DNA of 50,986 bases from Planctomycetota bacterium (GCA_003671185.1 QWPN01000116.1:1-50986); one strand, 5' to 3'; shown: positions 10,330 to 21,002, counted from the stretch's first letter. Made by a program: numbers and translations. Notes: generated by a model not told the origin, from the letters alone.

Positions 10330-12938
10330 GCGTTCCCCGCCACGTCCGTGCTGGGCCCGTCGCACTCGATGGCCGTCTGCGTGGCCGCCCAGGCCGCGAG
10401 GCGGTCGCGGAAAATCTTGGCGTTGTGACGGGCATCCACGGGAAATGAGGGATGGAAGAAGAAGCGCGTGATCGGTGCCGTGACGGGATCGCCTGCGCCG
10501 ATCACCCGGAGTTCACCGGCCAGCCGCCGCCGGGCCTCTGCCCCCAACGCGCGCGACCGCGGTTCGACGACCAGCGCCGGCCGCCCGCCCACGCCCACCA
10601 GGGCGGTGCGACTCACCTGCGGGTGACGATTGAAGACGTTCTCCACGGGCACGCTGTGGAAGATGCGTTCGGGCGTGACCACCAGGTGCGCCCGCCGGCC
10701 GCAGAAGTAGAGTTGTCCGCTGCCGTCGACGTAGCCCATGTCGCCCATGCGGTGCCAGATGCGCCCGCCGTCCTGCACCTTGCTGGCCGCTGTGGCCTCC
10801 GGACGCGCCAGGTATTCCTGGCTCACCGTCACGCCACTGACGATGATTTCGCCGATCGCGCGCTGCGGCACGTCGACGAGCGCCGCGGTGGGAGCCGACA
10901 AGGGCTCCACCACACGCAGCGACACTCCCGCGATGGCCCGGCCCACGGGAGTCCCCTCTTCGCCCGACAGGGCCAACACGGGCGGATCCTGCCGCAGATC
11001 GACGGCGGCAGCGACCGTGACGGGCAGGGCTTCGGTGGCGCCGTACGGTGTGAAACTCTCCGCCCCAGGGCAGGCGGCCGACACCAGGTCGATCGTGGCC
11101 TGCGAAACCGGCGCGCCGGCCATGAACACGCGGCGCAGCTGCGGCAAAGACGTGCCGGTCCGGCGGCAGTATTCGGCCAGCTTCGACCACAGCGTGGGAG
11201 AGCCGAACGATGTCTGGTTGCCGAGGTCGCGCATCACGCGGACCACCTGGCTGGGGTCGAGCGCCAGCGGTCGGCTGGGGTCGAGCGGCGGAAAGATGCT
11301 CCCCACACCGAGGGCGGCGGTGAACAGGCTGAATACTGGCAGCAGCGGCAGATCCTGGTCGCCGCGGCGAAAGCCGAACTGTCCGCGAAACACCGCCAGT
11401 TGCTCGGCCAGCATGCGATTGGTGAACACCACGCCCTTGGGCCGGCCGGTGGCACCGGACGTGAACGCCACGAGCGCCGGATCGTCGGCCTGCCGCGGCA
11501 CCGGGGCGGGCGGCCCGGCGGCGGGTTGCCCCAGGTCACGGGCCCGCGTCGCCCCGAACACGGGAAGGCGTCCGGCCACGACGCGGAAGCGCAATGACCG
11601 GAACAGTTCCGCGGCCTTGAGCCGCAGCAAATGGGCCCTGGGAACGCCGATGAAGCCGCTCGGCTCGGCCTCCTGCATGCAGGCCACCACGGCATCCACG
11701 CCCATCCCGGGGTCGATGAACACGGGCACCGCCCCGCGGCCCATCACGGCATAGCTGAGGGCCAGGAAGTCGACGCCCGGCGTCACGAGCATGATGACTC
11801 GCTCGGCCGCCCTCAGGCCGGCTGCGGCCAGGCCGCTCTCATAGGCGCTGATGCGGGCGGCGAGCGTCGCGAACGTGATAGCCTCGTAGCGCGGTGTGCG
11901 ACTCAGGCGCGGGAACGACACCTTCGTCACCGCCGACACCCATGGCGTGGCCGCGGCGGCCGCCCGCAGCGCCGCGTAGAGTCCCCCCGCGGGCGCGGCC
12001 AGTTCCAGGGCGGACTCGTCTCCTGCCGGTCTGGCGGCGGCCGTTCCCGCGCGCGCTTCCTGTGCCGAAGGCAGAAGAAAGTCCCGCACCTCGCCGATCA
12101 CCTGCGCCGGTGCATCCTCCAGCACGAGGTGCGACGCGTTGGGAATGCGCACGACCTCGGCCGCCGGAAAATGCGTCGCGAAGTGGCGCAGGATTTCCGC
12201 GTGAAAACACGGGTCCTTCATCCCCCAGATGATCTTCACGGGCGTGCCGGCCAGCATCGGCAGCCGGCCCGCCACGTCGTTCATCAGGGCCGTGGTCGGA
12301 TGGGATGGACGGAAGGGAATGTCGCGCACGAATCCCCAGATGGCCCGCCGGTTGGCCCGGGTGCGGTAGGGATGCCGGTAGGCCCGCACGACGTCGTCCG
12401 GCAGCGCATGCCGGGCGCCCATGGAGGTCAGCAGCCTGATGAACCACGGTGTGTCCTGCGTGAGCAGCCGGCCCACGACGGGCGACGCGGCCCGTCGGAT
12501 CATCCCGGGCAGCAGGGCCGTTTCGGTGAGCGCCGTGTTGAAGTACACCAGCCGCTCGACGTCCGCTGGACGGCGCACGGCCAGGCCCGTGCCCAGCGAA
12601 CCGCCCCAGTCGTGCATGACCAGCGAGAAGCGGCCCACGTCGAGGTGCGCCAGGAGTTCCTCGAGGTGACCGATGCGGTCCGCCGCCCGGAAGAACACGT
12701 CGTCGGGCTTGTCCGACAGACCGCAGCCCACGTGGTCGGGCACGATCACCCGGCAGTTGTGCCGCAGGGCGGCGATCAGATTGCGAAACAGAAACCCCCA
12801 GGTGGGATTGCCGTGCAGGCAGACGACGACCGGGCCGCGCCCCTCGTCCACGTAATGCATCCGGTATCCACCCCCCGCGCCAGTCCCGCGGCCGACCGTG
12901 GCGAACCGGGACTGGAAGGGATAAAGGACACCGTTCAT
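10326..12938 (-). CDS. oleBC: OleB-OleC fusion: haloalkane-dehalogenase-like beta-lactone decarboxylase + AMP-dependent beta-lactone synthetase
   Basis: N half HGNPTW, HDWGG, SHLVLED; C half IDPGMG, FTSGATGRPKG, TPYGATE, HRMGDMG, PVDARHNAKIFR. Confidence 0.88.
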   Translation of the reverse strand: MNGVLYPFQSRFATVGRGTGAGGGYRMHYVDEGRGPVVVCLHGNPTWGFLFRNLIAALRHNCRVIVPDHVGCGLSDKPDDVFFRAADRIGHLEELLAHLDVGRFSLVMHDWGGSLGTGLAVRRPADVERLVYFNTALTETALLPGMIRRAASPVVGRLLTQDTPWFIRLLTSMGARHALPDDVVRAYRHPYRTRANRRAIWGFVRDIPFRPSHPTTALMNDVAGRLPMLAGTPVKIIWGMKDPCFHAEILRHFATHFPAAEVVRIPNASHLVLEDAPAQVIGEVRDFLLPSAQEARAGTAAARPAGDESALELAAPAGGLYAALRAAAAATPWVSAVTKVSFPRLSRTPRYEAITFATLAARISAYESGLAAAGLRAAERVIMLVTPGVDFLALSYAVMGRGAVPVFIDPGMGVDAVVACMQEAEPSGFIGVPRAHLLRLKAAELFRSLRFRVVAGRLPVFGATRARDLGQPAAGPPAPVPRQADDPALVAFTSGATGRPKGVVFTNRMLAEQLAVFRGQFGFRRGDQDLPLLPVFSLFTAALGVGSIFPPLDPSRPLALDPSQVVRVMRDLGNQTSFGSPTLWSKLAEYCRRTGTSLPQLRRVFMAGAPVSQATIDLVSAACPGAESFTPYGATEALPVTVAAAVDLRQDPPVLALSGEEGTPVGRAIAGVSLRVVEPLSAPTAALVDVPQRAIGEIIVSGVTVSQEYLARPEATAASKVQDGGRIWHRMGDMGYVDGSGQLYFCGRRAHLVVTPERIFHSVPVENVFNRHPQVSRTALVGVGGRPALVVEPRSRALGAEARRRLAGELRVIGAGDPVTAPITRFFFHPSFPVDARHNAKIFRDRLAAWAATQTAIECDGPSTDVAGNA

Positions 12939-12975
12939 GGGGTCGTCGTGGGGCGCTGGGAAGACGGGCCGGTTG

Positions 12976-14037
12976 CTACCACTCGAATCCCAGGAATCGC
13001 GTGTTCAGCCCACTGCCGAACGCGGTGAGCAGCACCTTCTCCCCCGGCTGGATATCCTTCTCGCCCGCCCCGATCGCCAGGGCCGCCGGCAGGGCCGCCG
13101 ACACCATGTTGCCGTACCGCTTGTAGATGGCGAAATCCTTGTCGAAGTCGAGCCCCATCTCCTCGTAGAACGCCTCGTTCACCTGCCGGCCCACCTGGTG
13201 GCAGAACACGTGGTCGACATGCTCCCTCGACCAGCCCAGCGACGCGGTGACGTCGGGGAAGGCGCGGCCCCCCAGCTTGGCGGCCGCGATCATCAGCTGC
13301 GCCGCATCGGAGGTCATGATGGGCGCGATTTCCTCCCCTTGGCCGACGCTGAAGTCGCCGTTGCCGATGCACAGCTCGTGATGCTGCGATGCCGAGCGGG
13401 CCACGCCGCCGATGAAGCGATGCCCGCCATTTGAGATGCTCTCGTGGCAGAGCACCGCGGCGACGGCGCCGCAGCCGAGCGTCAGCGTGGGCAGCATCTG
13501 CAGCATCTTGTCGCGGGTGATGCCCTGGTCGCCCAGCAGTTGCTCGCACGTGGTGTGCACCACCTTGGAGATGTTCTCGCCGGAGCAGATGATCCCCGCC
13601 TGCACGGTGCCCGCCTCGATGAGGTGGGCGAGCATGATCATGCCGTCGCTGAACCCGATGCAGGCGTTGGTGATGTCGAGCACCAGCGATTCCTCGGGAA
13701 TCCCCAGGTTGTGGTGCACCAGGCAGGCGGTGGCGGGCTCGAAGAAATCCCGCGACACCGAGCAGTTGATCAGCGCGCCGATCTGGTCGGGACGGAACCT
13801 GGATCGCTCCAAAGCCTCGCGGGCCGCCACCGTGGCCACGGAGCTCGGAGTCACCGTCGTGGGCCACATGCAGCGCGTGCTCACGCCGCTGACGCGTTCC
13901 AGCGTGCCCGCCGGAATCCGCAACCGTTCGTACACCGGCGCCAGCCGGTGCTCGATCTCCGCCGAAGACACGAGCGTGGGAGGAAAGTTGAGACCGAAAG
14001 ACTCGATGCGGACATGATCGAACCGGAACGAAATCAT
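12976..14037 (-). CDS. oleA: Acyl-CoA head-to-head condensing enzyme OleA (thiolase/FabH-like)
   Basis: FFEPATA (catalytic Glu), ITNACIGF (Cys), FCHQVG (His), TLTLGCGA, GSGLN; upstream of oleBC-oleD. Confidence 0.88.
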   Translation of the reverse strand: MISFRFDHVRIESFGLNFPPTLVSSAEIEHRLAPVYERLRIPAGTLERVSGVSTRCMWPTTVTPSSVATVAAREALERSRFRPDQIGALINCSVSRDFFEPATACLVHHNLGIPEESLVLDITNACIGFSDGMIMLAHLIEAGTVQAGIICSGENISKVVHTTCEQLLGDQGITRDKMLQMLPTLTLGCGAVAAVLCHESISNGGHRFIGGVARSASQHHELCIGNGDFSVGQGEEIAPIMTSDAAQLMIAAAKLGGRAFPDVTASLGWSREHVDHVFCHQVGRQVNEAFYEEMGLDFDKDFAIYKRYGNMVSAALPAALAIGAGEKDIQPGEKVLLTAFGSGLNTRFLGFEW

Positions 14038-14363
14038 CAACTGCTCCTCGCTGCACCCGGCGCCCGACCGGCTGCGGCGATCTGCCGCAGCGGGGCGCCG
14101 GCCCGGCGCGACGTGCGTGTCGCTCGGGCGGACTTGATTCCGCGACGACAGAATAATCGATTTGCCGCGATCCAGCAGGGCGGCCCTTTTCGCCGTGGGG
14201 TCGGGCACCCGGAGCGTTTTTGGACACTGGCGGCTTTTGTTCCCGATTTGAACCGGGTTCAGGCCTTCGACCCCCCTGACGTGCCTACGGGCCGCAGCCT
14301 TGACCGCGACCACCCTTCGGCACCCGCGGTAGGATGTGGAATTCGCTCGCCCCCACCAAGCGC

Positions 14364-15548
14364 ATGAGCCAGTCGCACGTGTCCGCATCGCCGCCTGCTG
14401 AACCCTCCCCCACCGCTGCCGCCCCGCCGCGCGGCGACAAGGAGTCCCGCCCCTGGCCCTGGTGGGCGCCCCGACTCTGGCACGGCATGACGCTGGGCGA
14501 GTGGACGTCGCTCGCCGGCGAGCACCGCTGGCGGGCGAGCCCTAGCCGCTGGGGGCTGGTGGCGACGATCACGGCCGCCTCGGGCTTCAACTCCCTGGCC
14601 GCGAGACTCTGCGCGGCGGCCTATCGGCGCGAGCTTCGTTCGCCGCCCGAGACGCCGCCGCCGCTGTTCATCATCGGCCACTGGCGCTCGGGCACGACGC
14701 TGCTCCACGAACTGATGATGCTCGACGGGCGTTTCTGCTGCCCCAACTACTACCAGTGCTTCTCGCCCAATCACTTCCTACTCACCGAGCGGGTGCTGAC
14801 GCCGGCCCTGTCGTGGATTCTGCCCGCCAAGCGGCCGATGGACGACATGGCGAGCGCCTTCGACAAGCCGCAGGAGGACGAGTTCGCGCTCATGAACATG
14901 GGCGCGCCCTCGCCGTACCGGCGCATGGCCTTCCCCGTGACCAGCAGCCCGCATCCCGTGGCGCTCGACCTGACCACGCTGCCGGCGGCGGACCTGGATC
15001 GCTGGCGCGACACCCTGCGTCGGTTCCTGGCGATGCTGGCCGTGGCCGACCCGCGCCGCCCGGTGCTCAAGAGTCCGCCTCACACGGCCCGCGTCGGCGT
15101 GCTGGCGGAGATGTTTCCGCAGGCCCGGTTCCTGCACGTCGTCCGCGACCCCTTCGCCGTGTTCGGCTCCACGATGAAGCTCTGGCGTTCGCTGGACGCG
15201 GGCCAGGGCCTGCAGGTTGATCGAGGTGAGCGGCTCGAGCAGTATGTGTTCGAGTGCTTCGAGCAGATGTACGCCGCCTTCGAGCGGGATCGAGCCACGC
15301 TGGCGCCGGGGCGGCTGCACGAGGTCCGCTACGAGGAACTCGTGGCCGATCCCGTCGGCCAGATCGAGCGGGCCTACGACACGCTCGCGCTCGGCGATTT
15401 TTCTTCGATGCGCGAGGCCTTGGCCAAAGAGGCTGCCTCGCGGCAGAGTTACCGCGCCAGCACGTACAAGCACGACCCGCGGATTGTCGCGGAGATCTGC
15501 CGGCGCTGGCGACCCTTCATCGACCGTTACGGCTACACGCCGCCGTGA
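14364..15548 (+). CDS. PAPS-dependent sulfotransferase (Sulfotransfer_3 / Stf3-like)
   Basis: GHWRSGTTLLH (5'-PSB loop), RPMDDM, PQEDEFA, LKSPPHT, VRDP (3'-PB). Confidence 0.85.
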   Translation: MSQSHVSASPPAEPSPTAAAPPRGDKESRPWPWWAPRLWHGMTLGEWTSLAGEHRWRASPSRWGLVATITAASGFNSLAARLCAAAYRRELRSPPETPPPLFIIGHWRSGTTLLHELMMLDGRFCCPNYYQCFSPNHFLLTERVLTPALSWILPAKRPMDDMASAFDKPQEDEFALMNMGAPSPYRRMAFPVTSSPHPVALDLTTLPAADLDRWRDTLRRFLAMLAVADPRRPVLKSPPHTARVGVLAEMFPQARFLHVVRDPFAVFGSTMKLWRSLDAGQGLQVDRGERLEQYVFECFEQMYAAFERDRATLAPGRLHEVRYEELVADPVGQIERAYDTLALGDFSSMREALAKEAASRQSYRASTYKHDPRIVAEICRRWRPFIDRYGYTPP

Positions 15549-15618
15549 CGAGTCGGTGAGGGTGGGCCCCCGTCACACCCAACCGGTCCATGACTCCACC
15601 TTTGGTGTCGCCCGTCGC

Positions 15619-16116
15619 ATGCACCCCGCTTCGCTGACACCTGTGGACCTGCTGGCACAGACCCGCGAAAGCCGCACCCGACGATCCGGTCCGGGGGGGC
15701 AGCATCGCAACAAGGTCGAGACCGCGGTCATCCTCGTGCATCTGCCCACGGGTATCTCGGCGGAAGCCTCGGAACGTCGTTCGCTGGCCGAAAATCGCCG
15801 CGTGGCGTTGCAGCGACTTCGGCTCCGGCTGGCCCTGCAGCACCGCTCGCCGGCCGCCTACGACGGGCCATCGGCACTGTGGCGATCTCGGCTCCGCGGC
15901 CGACTGCTCGCGGTTGCCGGCGACCATGACGATTACCCGACGCTGATCGCTGAGGCGCTGGATCGGCTCCAGGCCGTGGGCTTCGACATGAGCCGTGCCG
16001 CCACCACGCTGCTTGTCAGCCCGACGCAGCTTGCCGGGCTGTTTCGCAAGCAACGTGCCGCATGGACGGCCCTCGCCGCCCTGCGGGCCCGCATCGGCCT
16101 GCCAGCGCTCAAATAG
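15619..16116 (+). CDS. Stand-alone peptide chain release factor-like (RF-1 GGQ domain) protein
   Basis: RRSGPGGQHRNKVETAV...ERRSLAENRRVALQRL. Confidence 0.75.
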   Translation: MHPASLTPVDLLAQTRESRTRRSGPGGQHRNKVETAVILVHLPTGISAEASERRSLAENRRVALQRLRLRLALQHRSPAAYDGPSALWRSRLRGRLLAVAGDHDDYPTLIAEALDRLQAVGFDMSRAATTLLVSPTQLAGLFRKQRAAWTALAALRARIGLPALK

Positions 16117-16346
16117 GTGGCTGCCCCGCCCCGAACCCCTTCCGGCCGGAAGCCGACTGCACCGCGGCCGCTGGCAACGCGCGCGGCCTCGAACCCCCGG
16201 CCCGGCTGACGGAACACAGATTCACGGAAAATTGGCGGTCCGCTCACACGTTTTTCACATCCCGCCGCTTTCGCTCCAGTGTCGCGAGATGCGATGTCTC
16301 CGAGCACTGGCTCAGTCGCCGGCTGCATTCCCACGCGATCCCCGCC

Positions 16347-17340
16347 TCGAGCGCATTCCGCCTACGTGTAGCGGTAGCCGCAATGCTGGAAGCAGTTACG
16401 GCACTCCGCCTCGGTGAAGCGGTCGAGGATGTCTCCACAGACCGACCACAGGGCATCAACCGTCCGGGCAGATGCGCTCTTCAAGAGCCGCTTGAACTTC
16501 GAGAAGACGAGTTCGATCGGGTTGAGATCCGGGCTGTAGGGCGGCAGGTAGACGACCCTCGCGCCGGCGGCCGCGATCGCCTCGCGTACATCTGCAACCT
16601 TGTGGACGCCGAGATTGTCCATCACCACGACGTCGCCTGGCTGGAGCGTCGGCACCAGGTGGTGTCTCGCCCAGCCGAGGAGGATCTCGCCGTTGATGGC
16701 CCCATCCACGACCAGAGGGGCCGTCAGGCCCGTCGTGCGAAGGGCCGCGAGGAAGGTGGTCGTCTTCCAGTGACCGTGAGGCGCGCTGGCCAGCAGGCGT
16801 TCGCCCGTAGGGGCCCGGCCACGCGGCCGGGTCATGTTCGTCTTGGCCCACGTTTCGTCGATGAACACGAGCCGATCCGGATTCAGGAGCGGCTGCTCCC
16901 GCTTGAGTTCCTCCCGCCGCTCCGCGGCGATGAGCACTTTTTTTGACGGTCAGACGCAGCCGCTTGAGCGCCGTGCACAGCGTCTGCACCGAGAGTTCTG
17001 TCTGAAGTTTCGCCTTGAGCTCCCGGAGCGTCAGGTCGGGCCTGTGACGAATCACGGCACGCATCCGATCTGCCAGCGGAGCCCACAGTGGCGTCCGACG
17101 CCGCGTCAGGTACGGGGCAACCTTATTCAGTTCCCGCCGCTCCTGCTTGACCCGACGCACCCACGACTCACCGACGTTGACGTGCGTCGCGACCTCACGG
17201 GTGCTACGCCCCCTGTCGCAGGCCGCGAGCACCTCACCGCGGAACTCCTTCGTGTACGGCCTCATGGACACCTCCTTGGAGATGACCACGCTACCCAAGT
17301 TTGCCCGGGGGGGCGCTCGTCCTATGTCAGACGCGCTCTA
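16347..17340 (-). mobile_element. IS630 family insertion sequence (~1 kb)
   Basis: Transposase inside; ends ctAGAGCGCg (17341 inward, minus strand) and ctCGAGCGCa (16346 inward) form a short imperfect inverted repeat consistent with a TA/CTAG-type target. Ends approximate. Confidence 0.75.
16362..17265 (-). CDS. IS630 transposase split into two frames at an A7 run (16938-16944)
   Basis: [13 protein letters not shown] (HTH, AAGGAGG RBS) ...RLTVKK; ORF-B with DDE motifs [21 protein letters not shown]. Confidence 0.85.
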
Positions 17341-17454
17341 GCCCCCGCCCGACTGCTGCATCGATCCGGCCCCAAAACCGGATGGCGTCGGCCAGACACC
17401 ACACGGAGCAGACTGGCCCCAGGCCTTTCCGGGGTCGAGGTTCGGTCTTCGTGC

Positions 17455-18326
17455 ATGTACGTCTCTCGCCTACCGTCCCGGCACTGGAGCCGCCACGCCT
17501 TCAGCCTCGTGGGGCTGCTCGTCGTGATTGCGATCGTCGCGACCCTCGTCGCACTGCTTCGGCCGGCGATTCAGTCGGTCCGCGAATCCGCGCGGCGGAC
17601 GATGTGCGCCAACAACCTGAAGCAGTTGGCCGTCGCCATGCTGTCCTACGAGCAATCGCAACAGCAGCTCCCCGCCGCCGCCCGCGTGACCGAACAGGAC
17701 ACCTGCATCGACTGCTTCATCCCCTGGACGGAAGCGAAACTCGCGGCCGGATCGTTCGCGCCTGGAACCAGCGCACGGCACGAGCTGGATGTTCAAGATC
17801 TTGCCGCACATTGAGCAACTCGCCATCCGCGGATCCTGGAACCCCGACACCAACGTCCTCGGCAATGCCGCACTGGCCCAGACGGACATTCCGGGCTTCT
17901 ACTGCCCTTCTCGTCGGAATGGCATCCGTACGGGAAGCGGCGACCACCTGAACCTCCTCGATCCCTCCTGGCGAGGTGGCGGCAACGATTATGGCGGCTG
18001 CTACGGCAACGGCTGGCACCGCCTCTGCTCGCAGGGGGCCGACACGGGGACGCCTACCACCGCCACTCCCTCCCGCCCGCGGGACCGTCACGACACGGGC
18101 CGACTGAACGGGATCTCCAAGGCGGCGCAGTCCAGGCGGCCTGTGCACTGGATTCTTCGAGTCACCGGGCAGCGAACACCTGGGCGGTTGTTTCATCGCC
18201 ATGGGTGACGGATCGATCGACTTCGTCAGTGAATTCGTCGATGCCAAGGAGACCAACTCCGTCTTCGCCCTGCTGGGATCGATGCGCGATGGCGAGACCG
18301 TGAGCCTCGCGGCGGTGGTGAACTGA
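17455..18326 (+). pseudogene. DUF1559 (prepilin-type N-terminus / H-X9-DG C-terminus) planctomycete protein, frameshifted
   Basis: AFSLVGLLVVIAIV...ESARRTMCANNLKQ; after a shift WMFKILPHIEQ, FYCPSRR; in another frame SEHLGGCFIAMGDGS. At least two frameshifts. Confidence 0.85.
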
Positions 18327-18344
18327 CCCATCGAGGACGATTCC

Positions 18345-18737
18345 ATGTCCACCACGTTGTGCCACGCGATCCTCAAGCCGACGGCCCTCGTCCCCACGGC
18401 CGGCTGCTCCCGGTCGGATCGCCCTCCCCTGGGCGCCGTACACGGCACGGTCACGCTCGACGGCGTGCCACTGGAGAACGCCTTGGTGCTGTTCACGCCC
18501 GAGGGACCGGGGCGAACGTCACTTGGCTCCACCGGCCCCGACGGCACATACTCCCTGGCCTTTCTGCGCGACATCATGGGGGCCAACCTCGGCCGCCATC
18601 ACGTGAGGATCACGACCGCCACCAAGGAGAACGGGGGCCGGGAGATGCTGCCCGCGAAGTACCACGCCAAGAGCATGCTCGGGGCCGACGTATCCGCCGG
18701 CGTGAACACCGTCGACTTTCCGCTCACGGTCAAGTGA
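18345..18737 (+). CDS. Carboxypeptidase-regulatory-like domain (lipo)protein, the usual DUF1559 partner
   Basis: AGC followed by [31 protein letters not shown]; signal peptide looks degraded. Confidence 0.7.
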   Translation: MSTTLCHAILKPTALVPTAGCSRSDRPPLGAVHGTVTLDGVPLENALVLFTPEGPGRTSLGSTGPDGTYSLAFLRDIMGANLGRHHVRITTATKENGGREMLPAKYHAKSMLGADVSAGVNTVDFPLTVK

Positions 18738-18906
18738 CGGCCCCGGACGGCGGCCCGCACGACCGCCACAACCGCCACGACCGGCGGCCACCGCACCGCG
18801 TCCATTCCCGGACTACGCCGCCAGAAGTGCGAACTACACTGGTCTTGAGGTCGGGCTCTTGCCTGGCTTCGACCCTCCGACCGCCACGCCCGTCACCGCA
18901 CTCGCC

Positions 18907-20388
18907 ATGAACACGATGCGCCTCCTCCGGCTCACCACGCTGGGGCCGATCTTTGGCCTCTTCGTGCTCGCGGTGCTCGCGTTCTTCAACCAGCGGGCCG
19001 TCAACCGGGCCCAGATCAACCGCTACGAGTCCTTCCGCCTGGCCCAGGAACTCCGCGCCAGTTCCGAGGATCTGACCCGCCTGGCCCGCACCTACGTGGT
19101 CACCGGCGACCCCGTCTACGAGGAGCAGTACTGGCATCTCCTCGACGTCCGCAACGGCGTCAAACCCCGGGCGGACGGCCGCACCGTGCCGCTGCGGACC
19201 CTGATGCAGGCCCAGGGCTTCAGCGTCGAGGAATTCGCCAAGCTCAAGGAGGCCGAGAACAACTCCAACGCACTGGTGACCACCGAGACGATCGCCATGA
19301 ACGCCGTCAAGGGCCAGTTCGACGACGGCCGCGGGGGCTACTCCCGCCGCGGGCCACCCGACCCCGAGTTGGCCCGCCGGATCATGCACGACCAGAAATA
19401 TCATGCCGACAAGGCGATCATCATGGGGCCGATCGCCGAGTTCGAGACGCTCCTCGACCGGCGCACCGAGGCGTTGGCAGCGGCGGGCCGGCGACGCGGC
19501 GATTTCGTGATGTCGATCGGCGTGCTGCTCGCGTCAGCCGCCGCCATCGCCACCTGGATCAGCCTCCGGCGCCACGGCAGCACGCTGCAGGCCGCCATCG
19601 GAGAATTGGCTTCCACGTCCGAATACGTGGCGGTGGGCGCCACCCAGATCGCCTCCTCCAGCCGCTATCTGGCCGAGGGGGCCGCGCAGCAGGTGGTCGC
19701 CCTCGAGGAGATCGCCATATCGGCACGGGAAATGGGCGGCATGGCCACCAGCAGCGCCCACAACACGCAGACCGTGAGTGATCTGGTCACGCGCGAGCAG
19801 CGGCACTTCCAGGACACCATGGCCCAGCTCGCCGACATGCTCCAGGCCATGGAGGAGATCGACGCGGCCAGCGACCGGATCTCGCGGATCAACAAGGTGA
19901 TCGATGAAATCGCCTTCCAGACCAACATCCTGGCCCTCAATGCGGCGGTCGAGGCGGCTCGGGCCGGAGAGGCCGGCCTCGGTTTCGCGGTGGTCGCCGA
20001 CGAGGTCCGCAATCTCGCCCAGCGCAGCGCCGAGGCTGCCCGGGAGACGGCAACGCTGATCGAGGAATCGATCACGCGCACGCGGGCGGGCCGCGGCAAG
20101 GTCGACCAGGTGACGAATGCCATCCGTGCCCTGGCCGGGCAGTCGGCGGAGGTGCAGTCGCTGGTGGAAAACGTGCGGCTCGGCAGCCGTGACCAGCACC
20201 AGGCGATCGACCGCGTCCGGGCGGCGATCGAGCGCATCGAACAGGTCTCCAAGCAGGCGGCCGCCGGGGCGACGCAGGGCTCGGCTGCAGCCGAGGAACT
20301 CACCGCCCAGGCAGGCGGGCTCCGGGACGTGGTGGCGACGCTGGAGAGGATGGTGGAGGTCGCCCGCCGACCGGCCGCCACCGGCTGA
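18907..20388 (+). CDS. Methyl-accepting chemotaxis protein
   Basis: Two TM helices around a sensory domain; signalling hairpin [37 protein letters not shown]. Confidence 0.92.
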   Translation: MNTMRLLRLTTLGPIFGLFVLAVLAFFNQRAVNRAQINRYESFRLAQELRASSEDLTRLARTYVVTGDPVYEEQYWHLLDVRNGVKPRADGRTVPLRTLMQAQGFSVEEFAKLKEAENNSNALVTTETIAMNAVKGQFDDGRGGYSRRGPPDPELARRIMHDQKYHADKAIIMGPIAEFETLLDRRTEALAAAGRRRGDFVMSIGVLLASAAAIATWISLRRHGSTLQAAIGELASTSEYVAVGATQIASSSRYLAEGAAQQVVALEEIAISAREMGGMATSSAHNTQTVSDLVTREQRHFQDTMAQLADMLQAMEEIDAASDRISRINKVIDEIAFQTNILALNAAVEAARAGEAGLGFAVVADEVRNLAQRSAEAARETATLIEESITRTRAGRGKVDQVTNAIRALAGQSAEVQSLVENVRLGSRDQHQAIDRVRAAIERIEQVSKQAAAGATQGSAAAEELTAQAGGLRDVVATLERMVEVARRPAATG

Positions 20389-20551
20389 CCCCCCCATGGT
20401 CGCCGCCGGCCGCCCCTGGGGCAGCGTCTCCGCACCCCGTCCGCCGCGGCGAAACAGCCGCGCACCGCCCAGCGCCTGCCTGGCGGAACTCTCACGATCC
20501 GGTTTGTTGCAACCGCGCTGTTTCTGAACTAGTTTTGGGAGCACGTCGGTA

Positions 20552-20600
20552 ACGCGGGAATTTCCCGCGTCTTGACGCCATTCTCCGTCCTTCAGTATTC
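20552..20600 (+). promoter_or_regulatory. Perfect 9-1-9 palindrome followed by a TTGACG -35-like hexamer: candidate operator/promoter of the ATPase operon
   Basis: ACGCGGGAA-T-TTCCCGCGT at 20552-20570; TTGACG at 20572-20577; only a weak -10 (AGTATT/TATTCG). Confidence 0.5.
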
Positions 20601-20613
20601 GGGAGCTTCAGTC

Positions 20614-20955
20614 ATGATTCGGGCAGCACACCCAGGCGTCGACGGGCTCGCCTCCATGTCCACCGTATGGGCCGTGATGGAGGCCGCCCGCGCCGGCGCG
20701 GCCGACGCATCCTGCGCCGCCCGTGGCTTTCTGCCCGCGGTCTCGCAGGCAGTCGGCCGGGGCGCGCATGTCACCGGTTTCACGATCGGCTACGCCGTCG
20801 CCTTTCCCGCCTGCCTCGTGGCCCGGCTCGTCCCCCGCAACAACGCCATCGTCTACGGTCTCACCGACGGTGGTCGCGCGGGTATCGATCTGGCACGGAC
20901 CACGACGCAACGCGAAGCCGAGCCGGTGCCCGCGCTCGCCGTCGTCACGGCCTGA
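20614..20955 (+). CDS. Small hypothetical membrane-associated protein, paralogue of 27929-28282
   Basis: GGGAG upstream; shares Y..(A/V)FP......VP.NN..V.GL.DG.RA with 27929-28282. Confidence 0.7.
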   Translation: MIRAAHPGVDGLASMSTVWAVMEAARAGAADASCAARGFLPAVSQAVGRGAHVTGFTIGYAVAFPACLVARLVPRNNAIVYGLTDGGRAGIDLARTTTQREAEPVPALAVVTA

Positions 20956-21002
20956 CCCCCCGCCCCACCCGTCCTCCACCCCATCTCCAGGAACCCGATC
21001 GC

